DNA of 64,000 nt from Eledone cirrhosa (GCA_964016885.1 OZ024740.1:375968001-376032000); one strand, 5' to 3'; shown: positions 14,240 to 27,516, counted from the first letter of the stretch. Made by a program: numbers and translations. Notes: a model not told the origin generated them from the sequence alone.

Positions 14240-15080
14240 ACTGGTCGAGGTGGCGGATAGCGATACGGTCACCAGATATGATGATTGGTTGCGGTATGAG
14301 CATGCAGTTGCCAGACGAATTGTCAACCACAGACCAACATCAGTAAACTACGCGGGAAGATGGAGCAATGAATGACATCTGTAGCTCCCAAAAAACTCGC
14401 ACCCAGGGACGTAACTATGAGGATGAGGAATTTGTCTCTTGAAGCTTAGGATGAATGATAGTTCTCTGTGGGTGGTGCAGTTTTTTGTGTCAAGCAAGGA
14501 GTCCGAATACAGATACGTCTTTGATGAAGTCAATGCAGCGATAGATGTATGTAAGACTGAGTCATATAACCTGATGGGAGACTTCAATGTACATATTGGC
14601 ACCTACCACCTGACATGGAGAGGAGGGTTTGGAAGGAATGGCGAAACCAATCTGAATACGAATGGAGAGACGTTATTAGACTTCTGTTTTAGCATTGGAC
14701 TCACTATTAGTGAACACCTTACATCACAGAGAAATCCATAAGTATAGATGTTATAAGGGAAATCAGGAACAAACATAACTAGTTGATTTTGTTATTGTCT
14801 CTGATCTCTTCGATTCTGTGCTGGATGTTCGTGTTAAGAGAGGGGCTGAGCTGTCTATTGATCACCATCTAGTTTTCTGCAACTTGTGACTACCTAAAGC
14901 CAAAGAAACCCATTAAACTGACAGGTCCAGGGCGACCTACATGATAAAGTGGGAAAGGTTGGTGGATATGGAAGTCACGACAAGTTATACAATTACTGTT
15001 GCATCCAAATTCAGAGACATCCCTGAGCAAACTGATGAAGTTTAGATGGAGTGAGATTTTTCAGCTCTGCATGTTTTATA
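14240..15080 (+). mobile_element. RTE-type LINE fragment, AP endonuclease
   Basis: LMGDFNVHIG, NTNGETLLDFC, VDFVIVS, VLDVRVKRGAELSIDHHLV. Confidence 0.85.
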
Positions 15081-15449
15081 TCAGAGTGACATTCTCCTTG
15101 AGAGATGTTTAATGAAGAATAGGAGTATCTCCCTGCACACAAACAATATTGCATGGGCGTTAACTCTCCAGAGTTCCTCCATCCTTAGAAGCGTCCTATG
15201 TTTCATCTCGCAGGGTCTCTAAAATCACCGTCCAACCAACCAAACTTGGTGGGTTGCCGATTTAGTCACCACATACCCGAATATGCAGGTGTTATACTGG
15301 GTTGCATGTTACCACTCAGTAGCGCTGAAAAGCAAACTGTGTATATATACACACTGTGTATATATACAAACTGTGTATATATACACACACACGATTACAC
15401 ACACACACGTGTATATATATATATATATACACGATTACACACGCACACG

Positions 15450-15516
<67 letters not shown>

Positions 15517-15849
15517 AGTATATATGCGGAGTGGATGAACGTGACTACGCCGATGTGTATATAAATATAAACATTTTATTATACCACATGTAAACATCCC
15601 AAATATACGAACTTCCTTGTAAATTCAAAAAGATGATACAAGCTTTTCATCGATTTTCAGACCTAGTATTGTCTTCATAAGAAGCTGTCTATATCATCTC
15701 AACAACCATAATGAAACAGATTTTTATGGATTTATATAACCCTTTCCTCATAGTACTATTCTGAAATATATATCTCTATAAAATGACATCAGGTACGTTA
15801 ATTATATACTGCATTGTACGACTATTTCTGAAGTTACTATGAGCGAATT

Positions 15850-16170
15850 GGTAAATGAACCCATCGTGCAGCAACTGGCTCTTTGCTTCCGACCATACCA
15901 CTTTGGTCACCAACTCGGGTTCTGTGGCCCGCAATGCGGACGAGAGGTAGATAGTCAAATACCGAGGCCTAACCAATCGCTTTCTCTTTGCACCTATATC
16001 TGTCGAAACATCTAACATTCTTGGCCCCCTCACTGCTAATTCTCTCCGTACACTCGGAAAGACGGATTGAAGAGGAAGCCACCTGAGGTAGTCTTGCTGT
16101 TGCAGCCGGTGTCTCTGGCTATTCACCCCGAAACGCCTTTGCTGTTTTATCCGCGGGATGCGGCTAAGGT
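15850..16170 (+). mobile_element. CRE-like non-LTR retrotransposon 3' fragment (restriction-like endonuclease)
   Basis: SGSVARNADER*IVKYRGLTNRFLFAPISVETSNILGP...LLQPVSLAI/RNAFAVLS resembles the KxxKY...P-x-AVETxG...SxAIxRGNA C-terminus. Confidence 0.7.
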
Positions 16171-16634
16171 ACCGCTCAGTATGGAGTATGGTGAAACTCC
16201 TCCAATCACTCCCCATCTTTCGTTGATTGGTCTTTCTTTCCTTTTCTTTACCTTTAATATAGTGTTTTGTTTTTCTTAAATACTAATCAATATGTAATTG
16301 ACAACCAATATAAATATACAAGCCATGTTTCCTTGTCCTTGCTTTAGAAGATATACACACATTCCGATGAAAATCGATTGAATGTGTTTATCAGATTTTC
16401 AGTTTACAGGGAAAATTTTATTTCTAACATGTTTTAATGTCTATATATTTAGAATGTTTATATGTATGTACATTTTGTGATAGATTGCTTATCACTCTTC
16501 GTAATATATGTATATGCAAATAATAATGTAAGTGTGTATACGAGATGTTTTTAAAGATCTATATTGTAGTCTCTTTTAACGTCTTTTAACGTCTTTTAAC
16601 GTCTAAAAAAAGGTCTAACGTCTGTCATGATTGT

Positions 16635-16840
16635 GGAGGCTCATCAGGCCTGTGCTCCATCCTGGTTTCCGTGGAGTAAAAGACCTGTACAGAACCCCAG
16701 TCCATCACAGGTTTAAACTCACAACTTTTACTGGTACTCATCTTCAACTAAGTATACTGGAGCAATGTGAAAAAAGTATTTTGCTGAAGAACAAAACACA
16801 CCAACCCAGTCCAAGAATCATACCCATGTTATTATGATCC
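16635..16840 (-). mobile_element. Decayed SINE, second family
   Basis: ccagtccatcacagg, ctggtactcat and actggagcaatgtgaa motifs followed by a tRNA-like head on the minus strand. Confidence 0.55.
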
Positions 16841-17179
16841 TTATCAGGAGGGCATTCGCCTCCACGTATTAGAAAATATATACATGGATTGAAATATGAT
16901 AAAACAAAAAAATCAGCAGAAATTACTTTAAACGAGTTATCTTATACTCTTGAACGTGTTATATTAACAAAGCCGCTGATTGTTAATGAATAATACATTC
17001 AACCTGAAATGACGCATAATTAATTGATGGTGGAACGCCTGGAAAAATGATATTTTTCAATATGTATAACGTTTCGTCATGAATGTCATTAAATGTGTTG
17101 GAAAATGATAATAATTTTCAGACAACTGTTTGTGTCATTGGGATTTTCAGATGTAAATTCAGATCGCGGAGAACAATAA

Positions 17180-17295
17180 TTGTTTCTACTTTTTGGCACA
17201 AGGCCAGCAATTACCCAGTGCATTACTGGTACTTTATTTTATCGACCCCGTAAGGATGAAAGGCAAAGTCAACCTCAGCGGGATTTGAACTCAGA
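17180..17295 (-). mobile_element. SINE, 5'-truncated, flanked by a direct repeat
   Basis: Same core as 10405. tcagatcgcggagaacaataat occurs at ~17159 and ~17291. Confidence 0.8.
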
Positions 17296-17410
17296 TCGCG
17301 GAGAACAATAATGATGAATAGAGGTACTATGTGGTCGATGAAAACAGCTCTTCGATTATATTAGATGTCGGATATTTCATATCAAACGTTGGTTTCCACA
17401 CACACACACA

Positions 17411-17454
<44 letters not shown>

Positions 17455-17560
17455 CACATACACACACACACACACACACATACACACACAAATGTGCGGA
17501 TATATATATTTATATATAATATGCAGACAGGTACAATTTATGAGTTTGAGGTGAGATTGA

Positions 17561-17595
<35 letters not shown>

Positions 17596-18969
17596 AGAGA
17601 GAGAGAGAGTGAGAGACAGAGAGGGAGTGATAACAGAATAGCCGATGTTTGGAGTTATCTCCCTTTATATTATACAAAATATTACTGTTAATAAAAGGAT
17701 TATTATGCTGATATTTTGAAAATGTGATGTTTAGTTTATGACATGATAATTATGTCCAGTGATTGTCAGTTACTTGTCAGTATCGATTAGTAGAAGACAG
17801 TTGTTAAGCATAATTAAAACAATTTCCATCGATTCCATGCCATATGTGATCGATTAATTTACATTGCATATTTTCCCGAAATGTTTGACCTTGTATGAAT
17901 TTCAGAAATCCTTATTTTATTATTTGCTACTCATAGTGTTAAGGTATCCATTCAGTTGTTCCTTAACTCAACGTCATTCCTAAATGTGGAAACACTTTAT
18001 CGGATCCTATCAACCCTTTTCCGAAGTTGTTTATTTTCCAATTTCAAGGAAATTTGCTTTATATTGCAAGCAGATATATCAAATGCGAATTGATTCCAAT
18101 ATTCTTTAATCCTAAAACGTTTTAGCTTCACTGGGTAAAAATATATATGATTTGAGAAAGATTGGCAAGTATTTCTCTCAGGTAGAAAAACCACATTTAA
18201 ATTCAGTTTAATGACAGAACGAAAATGCTGGATATTGTCATATCAGTATATATGTGTACGATTACGACGTGTAAGTCTACATTTTTATGGACGTATGAGG
18301 CATTGCCTCAGGTAAGTAAGAAAGATTGATTTTAAACATAATTATTATTTCTGCAAAATAATGATTATATTTCCTTTTAAACTTGAATTGAAATTCTATG
18401 TTTGAATATTTCTAGTGTCTTCAACCAGCAATAAAAATGCTACCAACAAATTATATATGTTTTCTTTTATGGAAAACGTTTGCGTATAATATCGACAACG
18501 TATCTATAGAATATGTAGAAGTAAGGAATTAGTTACTTAAGTTTTAGTAAATTCATATATGAGCCAAAAGTTTTGACAAGCTGACAAATTCAGTCCCATA
18601 TGTAAACAAAATATCTGATAGTATGGAAATTCATCTGAACGGAAATAAGTATTGTTTACTATAACCAGCAAGAGATTTGAGAACATCAGTAAATATTACG
18701 ACAAATGAACACTTCCTACGTACATGCCTTACTACCTATCAACATTTTCGGTAATCGTCTTCTCTCCTGTCAACGTTTATAACATTGGCCGCATGAGTAT
18801 ATGAAAAATAATTCATGCTTTAGTTGAAAACTTGAAATCACCGCGGTATATTTACAAATATTAGCTACATAACAAACATTTACTGCATTAAACTTGATAA
18901 ATGGATATTTATTGTATATGAAATATTTTTCCTATTCGTATTCGCTTTAATATATGGGGAAAATTTTAT

Positions 18970-19675
18970 CTATAGCCATATGTGTGTAAATATATATATA
19001 TATATTATATGGTTGAATGTACATGGTGTTATTTATCCCGACATAAGGTGAATTTCCAATTGCAATTGATAGGATTGCTGCCGAGTGCTGCATGGCTGGA
19101 AAGAAAATCATTGCTGCGAAAACTGAGACACTCGTCCTCTCTAGTAAGCCTGCGCAATGCACTCTACATGTGAAGGGAGATGCATTGACGTAAGTTGAAA
19201 AGTTCTAGTATCTTGGGCTGTATCCACATGTGATGGAAGGCAGGAGCATGAATTAATTACAAGACATGCATGGTCAGTGTTGCATTGCGCTAGCTTCAGA
19301 TGTCGGAAGAAGGGAGCTAGGTGTAAAAGTCAAACACGCTATCTTCAAATCGGTGTGCGTGATAACCCTTGGAGTCACGCCAGGTAGAGCCGCTACTTTT
19401 CGGAATTGTGAGATCACAGTTACGGTAATATTGGCATGTGCTTAGGATGTCGGAAGAAAAATCGGTGGACAGATTTTTCGGTCAAAACTAACAAACTTGG
19501 TACCCAGGAGTAAACGCCGTGGAAGGCGGTTGCATAAGATCAATGAGCTTGGCTGGTCTTGCTTGAGAATCAAGCCGGATTAGTTGAAGATGGTTGCTTC
19601 AGGCAGGACTCGTCGGAAGGAGCGTTTGAGGACTATGTCCCCACCACTCTCTCAGGAACAAGCAGGTGATGAAAT
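18970..19675 (+). mobile_element. RTE-type LINE 3' fragment, decayed
   Basis: Remnant VEKF*YLG. The 3' part resembles 28800-28930, and the 5' part is the reverse complement of 33200-33400. Confidence 0.7.
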
Positions 19676-19764
19676 AAAGAGAATATATATATATGTATGT
19701 ATATATGTATATATCTATATATATCTATATATGTATATATATGAATATATATATATATATATAC

Positions 19765-19861
<97 letters not shown>

Positions 19862-19949
19862 CGTGTGTGTGTGTGTTTGATGGTAGCTATGATGCTTCCC
19901 CAAGCGGTATGCCGGTTTAGCCCTCTATGTTCTTACAGAGCAGAGTGTG

Positions 19950-20341
19950 ATATAATATAAAACGAAAAATCAGTGATGCATCTGAACTCAATTTATTGTG
20001 TGTTACAATTGTTTCGCCGGCAGACAGCTCGAGACACGATCATCGTATGGATCTGTCTGATTCTGGAACTGCAGGTTCGTCGGACACTTGCAATAATTCC
20101 GGATCAGATTTTATCACTGGAGTGTTAGCGTCAAAAATTTACTTCCTCCATCTAGGAAGATGATTTTTGACGCTAACACTCCAGTGATAAAATCTGATCC
20201 GGAATGATTGCAAGTGTCCGACGAACCTGCAGTTCCAGAATCAGACAGATCCATACAATGATCGTGTCTCGAGCTGTCTGCCGGCGAAACAACTGTAACA
20301 CACAATAAATTGAGACCAGATGCATCACTGATTTTTCGTTG

Positions 20342-20350
<9 letters not shown>
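19950..20350. mobile_element. Fold-back element, ~190-bp arms, hammerhead-like motif with extended stem II
   Basis: 19950-20138 pairs with 20163-20350. The plus arm reads gtgt CCGACGA acctgcag...ctgccggc GAAA caactg TA acac. It abuts (TA)n. Confidence 0.8.
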
Positions 20351-20386
<36 letters not shown>

Positions 20387-20387
<1 letters not shown>

Positions 20388-21500
20388 CGTATATATAAGT
20401 ATGTATACGTACATACATATATGTATACAGACGTACAGTAGTATGTATATATATATATATACATACATGCACACATATATATGTACGTATGGATTTACCT
20501 AACATTTATTATAATGCTCGGTTTGTTTGTAAACAAACATCCCGAATTAAGCCGTACAGTGTTTAGCAACCATCGTTGTCCTTTTGTTCAACACTGAGAA
20601 AGGAACGATGGACTAGTTTAAAGCTTATTAGCTATCGTCAGCACTGTATACCTTCCTGCCAGATGATTGAACGTCTGAAAGTATATACCTTCCTTATGCA
20701 TATGAACGGCTGAGTAGCCTAATTTGCATATCGATTGAGTTAATAGGCCGGGCGCACCGAAAAGAATAAATGGAAAAAATGAAACTAGTACATCGTTCCT
20801 TTGTCAGTGTTGAACAAAAGGGCAACGATGGTTGCTAAACACCGTACGGCTTAATTCGGGATGTTTGCTTAAAAACAAACCGAGCATTATAATAAATGTT
20901 AGGTAAATCCATACGTACATATATATATATATATATATATATGTGTGCATGTATGTATATATATACATACTACTGTACATCTGTATACATATATGTATGT
21001 ACGTATACATATTTATATTTAAGTAACAGCTGTACTAAGAGTGAGAAATGAAATTTCGTTTCATTTTTTCCATTTATCGTTTTCGGTGCACACGGCCGAC
21101 TAACTCACTCGATATGCAAATTAGGCTACTCAGCCGTTAATATGCATAAGGAAAGTATATACTTTCAGACGTTCAATCATCTGGCAGGAAGGCATACGGT
21201 GCTGACGATAGCTAATAAGCTTGAAACTAGTACATAGTTCCTTTGTCAGTGTTGAACAAAAGGGCTCGATGGTTGCTAAACACTGTACGGCTTAATTCAG
21301 AATGTTTGTTTACAAACAAACTGAGCATTATAATAAATGTTCGGTAAATCCATACGTATATATATATATATGTGTGCATGTATGTATATATATACATACT
21401 ACTGTACGTCTGTATACATATATGTATGTACGTATACATACTTATATTTAAGTAACAGCCGCACTAGGAGTGAGAAATGAAATTTCGTTTCATGTTTTCC

Positions 21501-21505
<5 letters not shown>
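20387..21505 (+). mobile_element. Retrozyme-like array: one inverted unit followed by ~1.6 head-to-tail 442-bp units
   Basis: gaaactagtacat occurs at 20781 and 21223. 20387-20785 is the reverse complement of the unit. Flanked by (TA)n. Confidence 0.8.
21196..21238 (+). ncRNA. Type I minimal hammerhead ribozyme
   Basis: acggtg CTGACGA tagc taataa gctt GAAA ctag TA catagt (catcgt in the sister copies). GUA cleavage site. Confidence 0.8.
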
Positions 21506-21548
<43 letters not shown>

Positions 21549-21699
21549 TAGCATTAGCTTCACATTTTATATGGAAAGGGGGAAAGAAAGCTTGACGTGT
21601 TGGGCTTTAGTCCTTCTTCGGGACTTCTAAATAGAGATAGACTCACAAAGAATAGACACAAAAAACAATGCTAGTCAGTAGTAAAAAAACGAAAATAAT

Positions 21700-21880
21700 T
21701 GTTTATACTTTTGGCACAAGGCCAGCAATTTACCCAGTGTATTACTGGTACTTTATTTTATCGACCCCGTAAGGATGAAAGGCAAAGTTAACTTCGGCGG
21801 GATTTGAACGCAATCCGTAAAGGGACGTAACTGTGCTGCAAAGCATGGCGTCCGACCCTCTACCGATGCTGCCAATCCAC
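21700..21880 (-). mobile_element. tRNA-derived SINE
   Basis: Same family as 10405 and 17180. Confidence 0.8.
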
Positions 21881-22602
21881 GAAAATAATAAGAGTAGACA
21901 AGACAAACCGTTTGGTAGTCTTGGTAACGATTTTGAAACGCAGTGTTTTACTATGTCCATGAGATGGGTGGATTTGTATGTGTGAGTGTATGATTAAAGT
22001 TCATTAAGTGTCTGTATGTTTAAGTATATATTGTGTACGTTGAAACTATCTAACTGTGATTTGTAGATTAGATGTAAGAGTGTGTGTATCCTTTAAAGTG
22101 TTTGTGACACAGGATAAAGGCAGTATTTTCAGTGTTTGTTTGAGAGTACATAGCAGAGAAGATTATAGGACGATGGGTGGGGCATTACGTCTAGTAGCAT
22201 GAAAGGATTGTAAAGAAAATGTACGTTGCTGTTCTCTTGACTAGCGTAAGTCTGCGGGTCCAGCAAAATGGGCGAACTCGGAGACACTGACGTCGTATGT
22301 GGAATGACCGGCGGAGCGAAAATTTCGGCAGTTCGGAGTCGGGTTGCCGACATGGATGTCCAGAAGGGGTTCAAAATCTCTCGGCCAGGCAACGGCCAGT
22401 TTCACCAAGTTAATCAGCTCAGAATACAATCGAGCCCAAAGACTTATATACGAACGCACAAGTACTTACAGAAACATATTACAAATAAAGGTCTCCATTC
22501 TTGCTATCACCAAGTATAAATATTAGAATTTGTTCGGAAACTTTTTAACTCTTCTGGTGAAATAAAAAAGTGAGTAAAACATCTTTTTTAAATATATATA
22601 TA

Positions 22603-22675
<73 letters not shown>

Positions 22676-23455
22676 GAGGGGAGCGTGTGTGTGTTTATAT
22701 GCGTACATACGAACGTATATCCATGTCCACGCCCACATACAAGACTCTTATACATAAACACATTCCATTGCTTAGCTCACTCATTTCTTATAGCAATAAT
22801 AATCACATCTTTCTTTTATTCGAATAAGTGGCATCTTGTTATATTACAACCACTGTTTTTTACCGACTTGGAAAACAATGGAAACATTGAAAGTATTACT
22901 TAAACAACGATGTACAAAGACAACTGATGCAACAAATAGGCAATTACTTTCTCCTTTGTAATTGTAAACGAGCATTCAATATTACATAAGTAAAGCACAA
23001 GCTGTTTGACCAAGAAATTTTCATTGGATATGGTTACTGAATATATGAGAAATATCGATTGGTTTTCGTTCCTCAAGGAAACAATGTTTGCTCTTACGAG
23101 AAATTGGTTACATTAGCTTATATGCGAAAGGCTTAATAAAAACACACGATTTTATTCCCTCCGTTCACTGTTGTTTTATATCTTAATTGCATTTGCAATG
23201 CATTATATATTTTATGCTTTTTCATTTTAGATTTCCTTGATTCATACCTAAATCATTAAGTGGCATTTTCCTCGATTTTATTTCTCCTTTCCTCAAGACA
23301 ACACAGGATACACGTACGCCTATATATATAAAACATACAAGCCTGCATTCAGACACACTTACACAAACACATACTTACACACATGGACATACACACACAA
23401 ATATATAAATATATATATATAGATAGATATACACATGTATATATAAATGTGTGTG

Positions 23456-23565
<110 letters not shown>

Positions 23566-23577
23566 TACACATACATG

Positions 23578-23651
<74 letters not shown>

Positions 23652-24460
23652 CAATTTCGGACTGCTTTCATCTATTTACTGCTTTAAATGATGTTTTTCT
23701 TGTCATTATTCTTCAATGGATTTGATGTTGATTATCGTATCAAAGCAGTTTCCATCAAAACAATGCTGCTTGTCATTATAATGAGCAAATAATAAAATTC
23801 GTAGGAAAACCATTGTATATCCATCTTAATATTTAAACTAGGGTATGAGCCAACCATGTAATTCATTAATAAAAATGAAAATAAATATATGAACATAGTC
23901 GTCTCATACATTTATTTGAAAAAAATATATTGCACTATCGTACACCCTGCATTTTCACACTAACTACTAATATCAGACGGGATGAATATAAAGGGACACC
24001 CAGTATTTTTATTGAAGATAACCATCCATATGGAAAACTGTTTGTTTTTCTCAACAATCATCTTACTTCCAAAAATATTTGCTTCCTCTCCACTGATAAA
24101 GTACAAGAATATAAACCACACATAATCTCATAGATGCATACACATATATAATGTTTCTACTTTTGGCACAAGGCCAGCAATTAACCACTACTTTACTGGT
24201 ACTTTATATAATGAAACTCATGCTTGTGCACAGATAATAACCTTTTACTGAAACATATTTGGTGGTAAGAAGAATCAATACAACTATCCTCCATAGTCTA
24301 ATTATTCAATTATGTCTTATTCTTCATACAGCTCAAATACAATTCAATGTTAGGTCTTGAAACCTTTCCTAAGTGAATCCTTACAGATGCACACACAACT
24401 GCATACGACCACATACAAAAGCCACGCACACAAGCACACACGGGCAGCACACATATTCAT

Positions 24461-24616
<156 letters not shown>

Positions 24617-24789
24617 TTAGTAAAATGCCCCTATATATTAGACATGTGTATATAGTTATACATGTGTGTGCAGATTGGCGTACACACCCTGTCTATAAAT
24701 ATAACTCTATCATATGTTTCGGCATGTTTATATGCATATAGATATATATACGTACATGCATACATACATACATACTTATATTGTGGCTG

Positions 24790-25380
24790 CCAACTCGTTT
24801 TCGAGTACGGCCACTACTTTATATCCATGTAGGAGAACCCCTACCGATGCGCTGAACGAGTGTGACTTTTTAGTCCAGCCAGCGACTTGAAAACTCTGGT
24901 ACAAACACTACACTTGTGACATTTATTGAAACATAGTGCTGGGCCCATGGTACCATGTGACGACAAGTGCAGAGAGATCTCCAGATATAAAGCAATGCCT
25001 GTGCCGTGAAGCTTTTGTAGTGAGCAAAAGCACTGCACAAAGCCAGTCCCACTCTCTTAACCAAGATGATATTTACCAAAAAGAAGACAAGTCAACATCA
25101 TTGGATACCATCAGAGTTGCAGGTGTTATATCAGAGTTTTCCTTCTCATAGAATTCTGTCTTGACAAAGGCTAAGGGGTCATCTCTCCCGGTGATTCTGG
25201 ATGGCCATTGACTCTTAAGAGCTCCTTTGCCCTTTGACAGGTTTTGTTTTTAGTCCTGCAGGATGTCCAAAGTCACCCTCCTCACCAAGAAACCTTGGTG
25301 GGGTTGTCAGTTTAGTCGCCAACGACCCGACCATGAGACAGGTTGTACTGGGATACATGTTACCAGTAGCACCAACTGGT
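24790..25380 (-). mobile_element. LINE fragments (C-terminal C2H2-like finger; RTE-like UTR)
   Basis: CSVCTRVFKSLAGLKSHTRSAHR* on the minus strand. 25270-25330 resembles 15225-15280. Confidence 0.55.
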
Positions 25381-25734
25381 GACCTGACATAAACATACTT
25401 ATATACATACATACATACATACATGCATACATACATACATACATACTGACATAAACATACTTATATAAATACAAACATACATACGTATATGCATACATAC
25501 ATACATACATACATACATACGTACATACATACATACATTTCCCATTCCCCACTCATTCATATGCACTTCAACGAACGTCGTCTATGCATACACATCAGGC
25601 AAACATGCCGTGTGTGGTGCACCTAATAGCAGAAACCTGAGGGATATATGACTAGGAACAAACTACTGTCGCATAATACTCGAGTTACCCAATTACTCTG
25701 CTCAACATAGCTCTGTGTCAGAGATTATTTTAAA

Positions 25735-25932
25735 CCATGCATCCCCATGGATGCATGGTGTCCTTCCTGTTCCGTATAACCATGTCCAGTACGAGCTGAG
25801 GATCCGCTAAGGTGAAACTATTGTTCTCGGTATGGTGAACTAACTGTTGTTTAACCACTTCTACCTAACTCGTCCCATGGACTGAGTGCTCTACGGGCCA
25901 CTACGGATATTACCTTCCAGTGTACTACCTCT
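25735..25932 (+). mobile_element. Family A hammerhead element with a short 5' hairpin
   Basis: accatgcatcc/ggatgcatggt hairpin, then acgag CTGAGGA tccgctaaggt GAAA ctattg TT ctcgg, then the same tail as 11300-11382. Confidence 0.8.
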
Positions 25933-25947
25933 CTATATATATAAATA

Positions 25948-26822
25948 GATATAAAAGAAAAACGAACACAGACATATACATATATGTGTTCAAATCGTAA
26001 AGGACCAGATTCGCTAAGGTGAAAAGAATACTAACTATAGACAATAGGGTTTGCCAGACTCAATTTAAGAATAAATCAAGAAAGTAAATACAAACCGGAA
26101 TTTTGGTAACTACCAATCACCGGGACAGCCTTGATAATGCTGTTTCGCAAAATTTATTGTGAGGATGAATACCAATTCTTGCTCATCAGCGGGTTAAGAA
26201 TTATTAGTATCCTGGTCACTTCTAAGTATATTAAAAAATTGAATAGTGTGCATATATATGATAACGTACATGATATCTGAACTTACCGTGCCTCACAAAC
26301 TCACACTCCTAAAAATAGCAGCTAGGTTTACTCGACATTTGAATTAGCTCAACAAATAACGGAGTCGAATTTATCAAAGGTATATATTGAGTTAGAAACT
26401 CAAAATAGTCTTTTACACTAAAATAGCTCTAGGAAAGAGATTTTTCCGAGCCGTATATTATAACTGAAGATAAAAGAAAAACGAACACAGACATATACAT
26501 ATATGTGTTCAAATCGTAAGGGACCAGATTCGCTAAGGTGAAAAGAATGCTAACTATTGACAATAGGGATTGCCAGACTCAATTTAAGAATAAATCAAGA
26601 AAGTAAATACAAACTGGAATTGTGGTAACTACGAATCGCCCAGACAGCTTTGATAATGCTGTTTCGCAAAATTGACTGTGAAGAGGAATACCAAATCTTT
26701 CTCGTCTTTATATTCTTCCTTTATATTCAGTTATAATATACAGCTCGGATAAATCTCTTTCCTAGAGCTCTTTTATTGTAAGAGACTATTTTGAGTTTCT
26801 AACTCAATATATACCTTTGATA
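25948..26822. repeat. Composite repeat: ~230-bp direct repeat at ~520-bp spacing plus ~105-bp inverted repeat
   Basis: 25948-26175 matches 26469-26695. 26373-26478 is the reverse complement of 26716-26822. Bounded by TA runs. Confidence 0.85.
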
Positions 26823-26837
26823 TATATATATATATAT

Positions 26838-27045
26838 ATAGAAGGAGCTTCTACAGGACTAGTACTGTTTCATTCAGATGAAATCTTCAGGAAGCTGGGT
26901 GTCATATTAAGTTCTGAAGATTTCATCTGAATGAAACAGTACTAGTCCTGTAGAAGCTCCTTCTATAAAATAAAACAATTTTACTCTGCCATGTATTGAG
27001 TACCTTACTTACTGTGGTTATCCCCGACTCAACCCGGGACCTACG
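26838..27045 (+). mobile_element. Fold-back hammerhead element, family B
   Basis: Arms at 26838-26890 and 26914-26966. The minus arm reads agcttc CTGAAGA tttc atct gaat GAAA cag tactagtc ctg TA gaagct. The tail is the reverse complement of 44050-44125. Confidence 0.85.
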
Positions 27046-27049
27046 TATA

Positions 27050-27250
27050 TATATATATATATATAAAACTGAGGATGTCTGTCTGTGAGTGTGTGAGTTT
27101 GAATCCCTAAAACTCGAGGACCACCCAACCGACTTTTTTCAAACTTTACACATGTAGTGTTCCGAGTAAATAAAATCTAAAATGTTCAATGCCCTAGGGA
27201 TCGCATCAGGCGATTTAGCGATCTCGCTCTATAATTCTTAGTATTTCTCT
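27050..27250 (+). mobile_element. Helitron-like 5' end, partial
   Basis: tatatataaaactgaggatgtctgtctgt resembles the 5' end at 1597. No 3' hairpin/CTAG found. Confidence 0.45.
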
Positions 27251-27516
27251 TTTTAGATAGATACATACATATAACTGTAAGCGTAATAGATCACTGTGAG
27301 TAATAACTCGATATATGAGTGATACGGGTTTTGACACTCCTTGGTGGGCGATGGGCACGTTCCTCATCTATATGTGTATTGAACCCAATTGTGAAAGCTA
27401 TTATTTAGAGCTATCTATTCTTAACTATGTGTGCGTTTGAGATTCCCACGTTTTCAAATTTCAATCACCCGGTGCCTCAATTGTACACGATATATCATAG
27501 ATTACCTCTGTCTCTA

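Noticed and set aside
21590-21625. Hammerhead-like CCGAAGA aggactaaagccc AACA cg TC (minus), with a similar motif at 51750-51786
   Set aside because: The GAAA core is mutated and stem I pairs poorly. Counted only as weak remnants, not called as features.
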